A stretch of DNA of 64,000 nt from Thermodesulfobacteriota bacterium. GTDB taxonomy: Bacteria; Desulfobacterota; BSN033; UBA1163. The stretch is taken from contig DASPPQ010000070.1 in the NCBI GenBank assembly GCA_035625415.1, positions 6,052 to 70,051 on the forward strand, read 5' to 3'. This document shows, one piece after another, positions 48,917 to 57,193 of this stretch. A program made the translations under genes and the position numbers. Below the pieces are notes generated by a model that saw nothing but the letters and a program-made list of their open reading frames with translations, was not told where the DNA came from and did not search any database. Position 1 is the stretch's first letter, and each line of letters begins with the position of its first letter.

Positions 48917-49831
48917 ATGGACCAATTATGGGGTGGTGTGCCAGAGTTTCCTCAATTTAAAGATTTGGCCATAGAACACAAATCTCTCTTCCATCAGGTC
49001 TTCGCTCAATTCCCTCCTCAGATTTCAGAATTCACCTTTACCAACCTCTTTATCTGGCGCCATTCTTATCAGATCAAGACCAGTCGTTTTCAGAATTTCC
49101 TGTGCCTCCTTTCGGAGAAGGGGGAAAACTCATTTTTCTTTCCTCCTATTGGAGAGGGAGATGTGATAGAATGTTATCAGGGTCTCCTGCAATATCTCCG
49201 TCGAGAAGCAGCGCTTCCTCAGATTGCCCGCGTTCCTGAGGCGGTGGTGGATCAGAACGATTGGAAGGCCGTGGGTATGAAAGCCGAACTGGATCGAAGC
49301 CAATGCGACTATGTCTATCTCGTTCAAGACTTGGTTGAATTGAAGGGCAGAAAATATCATCGGAAAAGGAATCATATCAAACAATTTCGGGAAAAATATT
49401 CCTATCGGTATATCCCCCTCACTCCCGAGTGGGTTCCGCAATGCCTTCAATTGGAAGCGGAATGGTGTGATCTCCGGCACTGCGAGGCCACCCCGGGTTT
49501 GCACAACGAATCCGTTGCCGTCAAAGAGGCTTTCACCCATTTCGAGGAGTTGGGAATGATGGGAGGAGCGATCCTGATCGACGAAAAAGTGGAGGCCTTT
49601 ACGCTCGGGGAGCCGCTCAACCCGGAAACGGTCGTCATCCACGTTGAAAAGGCCAACCCGGCCTACGACGGACTCTATCCTGCCATCAACCAGGCTTTTC
49701 TCGAACATCAATGGTCAGGGTACACTTATGTCAATCGGGAACAGGATTTAGGAGAGGAGGGTTTGAGAAAGGCGAAAGAGTCTTATTTCCCTCATCACCT
49801 GGTCAATAAATATTCCATTACCTTCCCATAA
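48917..49831 (+). CDS. DUF2156-like (MprF/LysX C-terminal, GNAT-fold) protein
   Basis: N-terminal SEFTFTNLFIWRHSY and the overall size resemble DUF2156 as I recall it. Family-level call, moderate confidence. Confidence 0.5.
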   Translation: MDQLWGGVPEFPQFKDLAIEHKSLFHQVFAQFPPQISEFTFTNLFIWRHSYQIKTSRFQNFLCLLSEKGENSFFFPPIGEGDVIECYQGLLQYLRREAALPQIARVPEAVVDQNDWKAVGMKAELDRSQCDYVYLVQDLVELKGRKYHRKRNHIKQFREKYSYRYIPLTPEWVPQCLQLEAEWCDLRHCEATPGLHNESVAVKEAFTHFEELGMMGGAILIDEKVEAFTLGEPLNPETVVIHVEKANPAYDGLYPAINQAFLEHQWSGYTYVNREQDLGEEGLRKAKESYFPHHLVNKYSITFP

Positions 49832-49847
49832 GGAGAAAGGACGGTAA

Positions 49848-50195
49848 ATGCCAAAGAAGGATTTTCTACCATTTTCTTACAAGCGACTGGCGAAAGAATT
49901 CCCGGAGGTTGAAAAGGAGTATGATCGCCTCGCCAAGAAATGTCATGCCTCCGGACCTCTTAACGAAAAGATGCGCAGGCTGATCAAGCTGGGGATCGCG
50001 ATTGGTTCGGAATCAGAGGGCGCCATCAAGTCCCACGCCCGAAGAGCCTTGGCCATCGGCGTCACTCCGGATGAGATTCGACATGCCGTCCTTCTCGGGC
50101 TGACCACCATTGGGTTTCCAAAAATGATCGCCGCATTGAATTGGGTTCATGAGGCCCTTGAGAAGGGTCCCCTGAGACATCGAAGAGGGGATTAG
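49848..50195 (+). CDS. carboxymuconolactone decarboxylase / AhpD-like family protein
   Basis: 115 aa. Pattern ..LDEKTRRLIKLGIAIG....AIKSHARRALAIG.T.DEI.HAVLL. Confidence 0.65.
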   Translation: MPKKDFLPFSYKRLAKEFPEVEKEYDRLAKKCHASGPLNEKMRRLIKLGIAIGSESEGAIKSHARRALAIGVTPDEIRHAVLLGLTTIGFPKMIAALNWVHEALEKGPLRHRRGD

Positions 50196-50317
50196 AGCAG
50201 AATCTCGTTTCGGCATTCGCCAAAACGCTAAACCTTTTAGAAAGAGTGCGCTCCTTTTAATGGTTGCCCGCAAGCGCATGCGGGAGGCAGAGGAGCAAAA
50301 GAGAAAGGATTTTAGAA

Positions 50318-50530
50318 ATGGGAGAGAAAAAGAGCTACAAGGTCAAAACGTTTACGACAGAACTAAAAATTTTCCAAACGAAAAGAGAGTTGGAGGTCTT
50401 GGATGAAAAGGTCAATCGTTTCATCGCTGAAAACAAAGTGAAGAAAGTTGTCTCGGTCAGCGACACGACGACGACGGACAATACTGGCGCTACGATCGGG
50501 TTGATCCGGGTGTTGACTTATGAAATATAG
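50318..50530 (+). CDS. small hypothetical protein (70 aa)
   Basis: The ATG at 50318 follows AAAGGA. YKVKTFTT...LDEKVNRFIAENKVKKVVSVS is loosely Cse60/DUF2758-like (weak). Confidence 0.4.
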   Translation: MGEKKSYKVKTFTTELKIFQTKRELEVLDEKVNRFIAENKVKKVVSVSDTTTTDNTGATIGLIRVLTYEI

Positions 50531-50698
50531 ATGGAATGAGACAATGTCAAAGCTTAAATTTTGAATTAGAGATCAAGGCTGAGGTTATTCTCAACCTCAT
50601 CCTCAACCTCAGCCTTGGTTTTATTTTTGGCATTCATTTGCCATTTGGTCGCCCGTTACTGGGATTGACGTCCGAGATTTTAGTTTGGAGGGAAATCG

Positions 50699-50953
50699 AT
50701 GACCCAATGGGAATATCAGATCACGATTCACGAACTGCCGGTGCGGCAGGCCGGAACAACTGACCGTACGATTGAATGCGATCAGGACGGCCTCTGCTTT
50801 GTCCACGACATCTTTCCAGGAAGCATTAAATGGCTGGAAGATCTCTTTCGTGAGAAAGGGAACGACGGCTGGGAGTTGGTTCAATCCGGATACCACAGCA
50901 GGGAGCTCCTTTGCATATGGAAGAGGAGAAAAGAGACCGGGGAGAAAGTCTGA
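50699..50953 (+). CDS. DUF4177-like small protein
   Basis: MTQWEYQI....GNDGWELVQ, the pattern typical of DUF4177. Confidence 0.5.
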   Translation: MTQWEYQITIHELPVRQAGTTDRTIECDQDGLCFVHDIFPGSIKWLEDLFREKGNDGWELVQSGYHSRELLCIWKRRKETGEKV

Positions 50954-52119
50954 GAAGATTTATTCTCTCTCGGATTGAGAAAGGGGGTCCCATTCCTTTT
51001 TCTCAATTTATGGAGTGGTGCCTTTATCATCCCGAATTCGGTTATTACCAATCCAAAGGGGTAACCATCGGCAAGCAGGGTGATTACTATACGAGTCCCT
51101 CCGTCAGCCCCCTTTTCGGACATTTGATCGCCAAACAACTCTTCCAGATGGCTGAGATCTTGGGAGGAGAAAGCTTTGATGTGGTCGAGATGGGAGGGGG
51201 CAGAGGATTTCTCTGTGAGGATATTTTAGATTGGGCAAAAAAAAGCTTCCCGGCTTTCTACCAACACCTCCGCTATCACCTCATTGAGCCCTCTCCTCTT
51301 TCCTTAAAAGAGCAGAGGGAAAGGCTCCGTGAAAAAGAAAGAGAAGGAAGAGTTTTTTGGATCGACCCTAAAAAGTTCGTAGAAGGAACGGTCCAAATTC
51401 AAGGATGTTTCCTCTCTAACGAACTCATTGACGCCTTCCCCGTTCACAGAGTTATCCTCGACCGAGGGGTTTTGAAGGAAATCTATGTCACACATCGAAA
51501 CGGCCAATTTGAAGAACAGTGCGGAGAATTGTCGGATTCCAGGATCGCTTCCTATTTCCACTCCATGGATAACCCTCTGGAAGAGGGCCACAAGGCAGAG
51601 GTGAATCTACTGGCATTGGAATGGATGGAAAGAGTGGCTCGGTGCTTGCAACGGGGATTCGTCCTGACGATCGATTACGGCTATCTTGCTGACGAGATCT
51701 ATGGTCCCGGTCGACGGGAGGGAACACTCCACTGTTACTTTCAACATCAGACCTCAGAAAATCCCTACGAACGCTTAGGGGAGCAGGACATCACCTCCCA
51801 TGTCAACTTTACGAGCTTGATTCGAAAGGGAGAAGAGACTGGCCTCCGTTTCACCGGCCTTGTCCCACAATACCGCTTCCTCATCGGGCTTGGCATCCTC
51901 GGGCAGATAGAGACTTTGGGGAAGCAACTATCTGAATTGGACGGGCTAAAATTAAGGCTTTCCTTAAAGAGCCTGATCGAACCGGAGATGGGAATGGGTG
52001 AAGTCTTTAAGGTACTGGTCCAACATAAAGGAATAGATCAGCCCCAATTGGATGGGTTAAGAGATCTCGGCTCGATCCCCTTTCCCGCCTCGGTGGAGGG
52101 AGATCGGAGGTTCCGGTGA
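50917..52119 (+). CDS. MidA/NDUFAF7-family SAM-dependent methyltransferase (DUF185)
   Basis: PIPFSQFMEWCLYHPEFGYYQS, EMGGGRGFL, NELIDAFPVH, DITSHVNF. Confidence 0.8.
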   Translation: MEEEKRDRGESLRRFILSRIEKGGPIPFSQFMEWCLYHPEFGYYQSKGVTIGKQGDYYTSPSVSPLFGHLIAKQLFQMAEILGGESFDVVEMGGGRGFLCEDILDWAKKSFPAFYQHLRYHLIEPSPLSLKEQRERLREKEREGRVFWIDPKKFVEGTVQIQGCFLSNELIDAFPVHRVILDRGVLKEIYVTHRNGQFEEQCGELSDSRIASYFHSMDNPLEEGHKAEVNLLALEWMERVARCLQRGFVLTIDYGYLADEIYGPGRREGTLHCYFQHQTSENPYERLGEQDITSHVNFTSLIRKGEETGLRFTGLVPQYRFLIGLGILGQIETLGKQLSELDGLKLRLSLKSLIEPEMGMGEVFKVLVQHKGIDQPQLDGLRDLGSIPFPASVEGDRRFR

Positions 52120-52694
52120 ACGTCCTGGGGATCTTTGGCAGCCCGCGAAGAGGCGGCAATACAGAAGTCCTTTTGGAAGAGGCCCTCAGGGGGGCCGAAA
52201 CGGAAGGAGCGAAGGTGGAGCGTCTTTATCTCTCCGACTTCACCATCACCCCCTGTAAAGAATGCCACGGATGCGACGCCACCGGGAATTGCGTCATCCT
52301 GGATGACATGCAAAAAATCTATCCCAAACTGCTGGAGGCGGATGTGGTCATTCTGGCCTCGCCAATCTTTTTCTACGGCGTCACTGCGTGGACCAAGGCC
52401 CTGATTGATCGAAGTCAGGCCCTCTGGTCAAGAAAATACCTTCTTAAAGATCCTTCTTTAGGGAAGGAAGGAAAAAAGAGAAAGGGTTTCTTTATTTCTG
52501 TTGGAGCGACAAAAGGACCCAAAGTCTTCGAAGGTGCCATCCTCACGGCCAAATATTTTTTTGATGTCCTCAACGCGGAATATGCGGGCGAACTCGTCTT
52601 CCGGGGCGTTGAAGCCAAGGGCGATATTTTGAAACACCCAGAGGCGCTTCGGCAGGCCCTTGAAGCTGGACGGAGGCTTGTTCAAAATCCATGA
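52116..52694 (+). CDS. iron-sulfur flavoprotein / NADPH-dependent FMN reductase family
   Basis: GIFGSPRRGGNT flavodoxin-like P-loop. Compact Cys cluster CKECHGCDATGNC. GTG start overlaps the MidA stop (GTGA). Confidence 0.75.
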   Translation: MNVLGIFGSPRRGGNTEVLLEEALRGAETEGAKVERLYLSDFTITPCKECHGCDATGNCVILDDMQKIYPKLLEADVVILASPIFFYGVTAWTKALIDRSQALWSRKYLLKDPSLGKEGKKRKGFFISVGATKGPKVFEGAILTAKYFFDVLNAEYAGELVFRGVEAKGDILKHPEALRQALEAGRRLVQNP

Positions 52695-52891
52695 AGCCCA
52701 GACTCCATGTGATCTGGAACGAAATCTATTGTAAAAGGTGCCTTCTCTGCGTGGAGGTCTGTCCGGTCCAAGTTCTCTCTCTCGAGAGGAATGAAATCAC
52801 GGAGAAAGAAGGATGCATCCGTTGTTACCAGTGCGAAGGCTACTGTCCAGACATCGCCATTGAAGTGATGGATGAAAAGGGTAAAGGTTGA
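52691..52891 (+). CDS. 2x[4Fe-4S] ferredoxin, delta subunit of 2-oxoacid:ferredoxin oxidoreductase
   Basis: CKRCLLCVEVCP and CIRCYQCEGYCP. ATGA overlap with the upstream gene. Confidence 0.8.
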   Translation: MKPRLHVIWNEIYCKRCLLCVEVCPVQVLSLERNEITEKEGCIRCYQCEGYCPDIAIEVMDEKGKG

Positions 52892-53934
52892 AACGACTCG
52901 TTTCCGGAAATGAAGCTATCTTTCAGGGAGCGGTACGGGCAGGTGCCAGTTACTTTGCTGGGTATCCCATCAGTCCCACCTCTGAGATATTGCAGCAGGC
53001 GGTCCTCTATTCAGAGGAGAACCCGGGTTTTCAATTTCTCCAGGCTGAGGATGAAATTGCTGCGGCCATTGCCACGATCTCTGCTTCACTGGCCGGAGCT
53101 AAGTCTTTTGCTGCCACCTCGGGACCGGGATTCTCTCTCATGCAGGAAGCCTTGGGATGGGGCCATGTCGTAGAGGCCCCCTGTGTCTTCGTCAATTCAA
53201 TGAGGGTGGGGCCATCGACCGGGATGCCCACTCAGCCGGCTCAATCGGATCTTCTTCAAATCAAGGCAGGAAGCGCAGGAGACTATTATCCCATCGCCTT
53301 CTATCCCAATTCGGTGAAGGAATGTTTCCTACTAACAGCTACTGCCTTTAACGCAGCCGAGGAATCGCTTTCACCGACCATCCTCCTTGCAGACGCGTTT
53401 CTTTCCCACCTGTATGAGATCGTCGATCTTGAAGATATCGCCACAGAAGTTATTCCCCGCTCGAAAGAACCCTTGGGCCGGGGCCAAAGGCTATTTACTG
53501 GAACGGTTCACGATAAGATGGGAAATTTGAAAACCAACGATTCGGAGATCTACCGAGGATGGCTCTGGGAATTGAAGGGCCGTCATCATCGTGCTGCCGA
53601 GAAGTATCCTCTCTTCGAGTATCTTCCGCGTAAGGACTCCGAAACCCTCCTCATCGCCTTTGGAATTGCCTCGAGGATTATCTCATCTTTGAAAGATCGC
53701 TTCTCCATTTTTCGACCTATCCGGATTTATCCTGTTCTGGAGAAGGAATTGAACGAAGTGACCCGATCCTATCGCCACATTATCGTCGTCGAAGGCAACG
53801 ATGGGCAGTATGCAAGTTGGGTGGAATGTGCCATTTGCCGAAAGGTGATGAGAGTCCCCTGCTTGGGAGGAGGGTTCAAGCTCAAATGGATCCAAAGTCA
53901 GATTGAGGAGTGTTTGAGGGGGACGACAAGGTGA
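52888..53934 (+). CDS. 2-oxoacid:ferredoxin oxidoreductase alpha subunit
   Basis: SGNEAIFQGAVRAGASYFAGYPISPTSEIL. TTG start overlaps the delta-subunit stop (TTGA). Confidence 0.85.
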   Translation: MKRLVSGNEAIFQGAVRAGASYFAGYPISPTSEILQQAVLYSEENPGFQFLQAEDEIAAAIATISASLAGAKSFAATSGPGFSLMQEALGWGHVVEAPCVFVNSMRVGPSTGMPTQPAQSDLLQIKAGSAGDYYPIAFYPNSVKECFLLTATAFNAAEESLSPTILLADAFLSHLYEIVDLEDIATEVIPRSKEPLGRGQRLFTGTVHDKMGNLKTNDSEIYRGWLWELKGRHHRAAEKYPLFEYLPRKDSETLLIAFGIASRIISSLKDRFSIFRPIRIYPVLEKELNEVTRSYRHIIVVEGNDGQYASWVECAICRKVMRVPCLGGGFKLKWIQSQIEECLRGTTR

Positions 53935-54968
53935 TGGATCGCTCTTACAAAGAGCTCTTGAAACTGAGACGGTTCCCTCACACCTGGTGCCCGGGTTGCG
54001 GCATTGGCGCCGTATTAAAGAATGTGGCCATGGCCATCAAAGAACTCGGCTGGAATGACAAAAATACCGTTGCCGTGTCCGGAATCGGCTGTTCAGGGAG
54101 GATGTCCGGATACATGAACTTAGATGCGGTTCATACCCCTCATGGTCGAGCATTGACTTCCGCCGAGACCATCAAGACGATCCGCCCAGACCTCAATGTC
54201 ATTGTCCTCTCCGGAGACGGCGATCTAGCAAGCATTGGGGGAAACCACCTCCTCCATACCTCCCGCCGAAATCCTAACATCGCTGTCTTTTGTAATGATA
54301 ATGAGATCTACGGATTGACGGGTGGCCAGGCCGGACCAACCACGCCAAAAGGTGCGAAGACCATCACCTCACCCCGCGGAGAACCTAATTCACCGCTTCG
54401 GTTGGGTCATCTCCTGACCCAGCAAGCTCCCTATTTTTATGCGCGCACAACGGTTTATCACCTCAACCATTTTAAGGGATGTATTCGGGAGGCCCTTCTT
54501 TGGAAGGGGTTCAGCTTTGTGGACATCATCAGTGACTGCATTGAACTGAACGGAAGAAGGCTAGGTTTTAAAACAGCCCATCAGATGTTCAAGTGGTTTG
54601 ATGAAAGATTCCATATCGTCGAAGGCGAACGAGACCATCTCAGGGATGATGAATTGGGAATCGCCAGGGCATCGGAGGAGGAAGTGATCCCGTCGGCAGA
54701 GAGGGTGGAGAAAAAGCCTGAGATCCCGATGGAGAGTTTGAAACCTTTCACCCTCGAAGAGCTCCAGCGTTTTGATGGCACAGCAGGGAAACCCATTTAC
54801 ATCGCCTATAAAGGGAAAGTCTATGACCTTTCCTCAAGCCCCCTCTTTCAGGGAGAGAAAAGGATGCGATGTCATATTGCGGGTAAGGATCTGACGAAGG
54901 ATATCGACGGGGCACCTCATGGAGAAGACCTCGTTTTCAAATTTCCAGTGGTTGGGAGGTTAGCGTGA
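53934..54968 (+). CDS. 2-oxoacid:ferredoxin oxidoreductase beta (TPP) subunit fused to a C-terminal cytochrome-b5-like haem/steroid-binding domain
   Basis: WCPGCGIG, SGIGCSGR, GDGDLASIGGNH (TPP motif). Then a linker and FTLEELQRFDGTAGKPIYIAYKGKVYDLSSSPLF..AGKDLT..APHG (54747-54965). The ATG overlaps the alpha stop (TGATG). Confidence 0.8.
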   Translation: MDRSYKELLKLRRFPHTWCPGCGIGAVLKNVAMAIKELGWNDKNTVAVSGIGCSGRMSGYMNLDAVHTPHGRALTSAETIKTIRPDLNVIVLSGDGDLASIGGNHLLHTSRRNPNIAVFCNDNEIYGLTGGQAGPTTPKGAKTITSPRGEPNSPLRLGHLLTQQAPYFYARTTVYHLNHFKGCIREALLWKGFSFVDIISDCIELNGRRLGFKTAHQMFKWFDERFHIVEGERDHLRDDELGIARASEEEVIPSAERVEKKPEIPMESLKPFTLEELQRFDGTAGKPIYIAYKGKVYDLSSSPLFQGEKRMRCHIAGKDLTKDIDGAPHGEDLVFKFPVVGRLA

Positions 54969-54990
54969 GCAGACAGGCCTGCGCGGGGGT

Positions 54991-55085
54991 GTCATTCCCG
55001 TGCAGACGGGAACCCAGGAGTAGGTATTATAAAACCATGGATTCCCGGCGGAGTTTATCTCGATGAAAATCGAGACAGGAATGAA
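54991..55085. repeat. MITE/REP-like element, copy 4, between the beta and gamma subunit genes
   Basis: gtcattcccgtgcagacgggaacccagg...tggattcccggcggagtttatctcgatgaaaatcgagacaggaatgaa. Confidence 0.7.
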
Positions 55086-55137
55086 GAGAACATGGAAAAA
55101 ATCGTGAGGAAACACGCTTGAGGACACGAGGATTCTT

Positions 55138-55620
55138 ATGAAGCGAATCGTATTTACCGGAGTGGGGGGGCAATCGGTCAGGGTCATCTCCCACGTCCTT
55201 GCCATGGCATTGAAGGAGCTGGGCTATGAGGTCGCCCTTCTCTTTGACTACGATTCCCCCGTTCGCAATACACGGATCAGTGCCTATCTCACTTATGATC
55301 AAAGGCCCATCGAAAATCCGATGACCGACGAGGCGGACATTCTCATCCGGCTGCACGAAAAAGGAGACCGGCTCATCGCCCAGAAGACAATCTGCGATAC
55401 GGGGCTTTGTACGGACGAGGAGGTTCCTTTTGGAATGCTTGGGATTGAAAAGTTCGGCCAAGCGATCTTTGGCAACATGATCGCCCTTGGCAGACTTTTT
55501 CGATTGATCGATGTCGACATCTCTCATATCGAGCTGGAGAAACTCTTGCCCAAATCCTATCTCAAAGAGAATTTGAAGGCGATTCAACTGGGATATGATC
55601 TCAACCTTTATGAAGACTGA
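55138..55620 (+). CDS. 2-oxoacid:ferredoxin oxidoreductase gamma subunit
   Basis: MKRIVFTGVGGQSVRVISHVLAMA, the G-x-GGQG-like N-terminus of gamma subunits. 160 aa. Confidence 0.7.
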   Translation: MKRIVFTGVGGQSVRVISHVLAMALKELGYEVALLFDYDSPVRNTRISAYLTYDQRPIENPMTDEADILIRLHEKGDRLIAQKTICDTGLCTDEEVPFGMLGIEKFGQAIFGNMIALGRLFRLIDVDISHIELEKLLPKSYLKENLKAIQLGYDLNLYED

Positions 55621-55666
55621 GACCAGTGGCATGCATCTAACGGTTGTTGACAGTAGCCACCAGGCC

Positions 55667-55731
55667 GTCATTCCCTCGAAAGGGGGAATCCAGTTCAGAA
55701 ATCCTGGATTCCGGGTCAAGCCCGGAATGAC
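55667..55731. repeat. MITE/REP-like element, copy 5 (shortest)
   Basis: gtcattccctcgaaagggggaatccagttcagaaatcctggattccgggtcaagcccggaatgac. Confidence 0.75.
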
Positions 55732-55876
55732 AATTAAATTATGGGGACGTTTGACGCAATACACCAGGTCCGGGGTCATTGCTCATGACACATCCTTTTT
55801 GCAAAAGACGGGTTGGGGGAACCAAACGAAATGTGGGATAATTTAGTTAAGAAACGGACGGAAGGAGGAGAGTGGT

Positions 55877-56398
55877 ATGAAACTCAAAGGGAAAAAAGTA
55901 GTTCTCCTTGCGGAGAATAACTATGAGGACATGGAGCTCTGGGTTCCTTACTATCGATTGAAAGAGGAGGGCGCTGAGGTCACGATCGTCGGGACAGGAA
56001 GCAGCAAGACCTACACCAGCAAACATGGATATTCTGTCGAAGTGAGTCAAGAGGCAAAAAAGATTAACATCTCTAAATATGACGGCGTCGTCATCCCCGG
56101 AGGTTACGCCCCCGACCTGATGAGGCGTTATCCGGAGATGGTGAGGATTGTCAAGGACGCCCACCAGAAGGGAAAGGTCATCGCTGCCATCTGTCATGCC
56201 GGCTGGATGCTCGCCTCTGCTGGTATTCTGAAGGGAAAGAAAGTGACAGGTTTCTTCGCCATCAAAGATGACTTGATAAATGCTGGGGGAAACTATGTGG
56301 ATGAGGAAGTCGTCAGAGATGGAAACCTGATCACCTCAAGGAAACCGGATGATCTTCCCGCATTCTGTCGAGAGATGATCGAGGCGTTGGCCAAATAG
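55877..56398 (+). CDS. DJ-1/PfpI-family protein (class I glutamine amidotransferase-like)
   Basis: VVIPGGYAPD, nucleophile elbow AAICHAGWML, ITSRKPDDLPAF. Confidence 0.85.
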   Translation: MKLKGKKVVLLAENNYEDMELWVPYYRLKEEGAEVTIVGTGSSKTYTSKHGYSVEVSQEAKKINISKYDGVVIPGGYAPDLMRRYPEMVRIVKDAHQKGKVIAAICHAGWMLASAGILKGKKVTGFFAIKDDLINAGGNYVDEEVVRDGNLITSRKPDDLPAFCREMIEALAK

Positions 56399-56504
56399 TT
56401 CACCCCGCTAGAAAAGGCGAGGCTTCGACCCCGCCCTAAATAAGGAGTTGAAGCATAAATGCTGGGGCTTTCTAACGGGGTAAAGGATAGAAAAGGAGAG
56501 CGAT

Positions 56505-57131
56505 ATGGGGAGTGAAAGAAAGGAAATATTGACCTGCCAGCACTGTGGAGCGGACGCAGACCTGACCATCGAGGGCTTTGAAAAAGTGGAGGATGTTATC
56601 CAAAGGGAGAAGAAACTCCCTTGCAAGACCTGTGGCCAGGGTTTGCCATGGACGGACCGAGAGGATATCAAGGCTGTCAAGGTAGCCATGGGAGCGGAAA
56701 TGAATGCCTATCAGACCTACTCAAAGGCTGCCAAGAAAACGATGAATCCTAAAGGGAGGGATATGTTTCTCCAACTTTCTGAATTTGAGATGAACCATTA
56801 TCAAGAATTGAAAGACCTCCTCAAATCGCTCCAGGAGAAAGGAGAGTGGATTCTCTACGAAGGAACTACCCTCAAGAAGAAGGTGATACCCTTGAAGATA
56901 GGGAAATCCAAAGGTCAGGAGCAGTTGACGGACATGGATGCTTTGAAAATTGCCGTACGAGAAGAGAAGAAGGCGGAGGCCTACTATCGATCCATGGCCG
57001 AGTTGACCAAGGACCCTCGAGGGAAGGATATGTATAAACGGTTAGCGAGTGAAGAGGCCCTTCACGAGAAGTTGCTCAACGACCAGTATTATAGTCTCCA
57101 CAATACGGGTTCATGGAGTTGGGGAGACTGA
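56505..57131 (+). CDS. diiron ferritin-like (rubrerythrin-type) protein with N-terminal Cys4 zinc-ribbon/rubredoxin-like element
   Basis: CQHC..27 aa..CKTC, then two E...ExxH half-sites (EMNAY...EFEMNH; REEKKAE...EEALH). Confidence 0.7.
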   Translation: MGSERKEILTCQHCGADADLTIEGFEKVEDVIQREKKLPCKTCGQGLPWTDREDIKAVKVAMGAEMNAYQTYSKAAKKTMNPKGRDMFLQLSEFEMNHYQELKDLLKSLQEKGEWILYEGTTLKKKVIPLKIGKSKGQEQLTDMDALKIAVREEKKAEAYYRSMAELTKDPRGKDMYKRLASEEALHEKLLNDQYYSLHNTGSWSWGD

Positions 57132-57139
57132 CCCATTTC

Positions 57140-57180
57140 AGATTTTAGATTGCTGATTTCAGATTTAAAATCTAAAATCT
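57140..57180. repeat. hairpin with 12-bp perfect stem agattttagatt / aatctaaaatct
   Basis: Read directly. Lies in the 62-nt gap between the ferritin-like gene and the P-type ATPase. Confidence 0.6.
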
Positions 57181-57193
57181 TAAATCAAAACCG

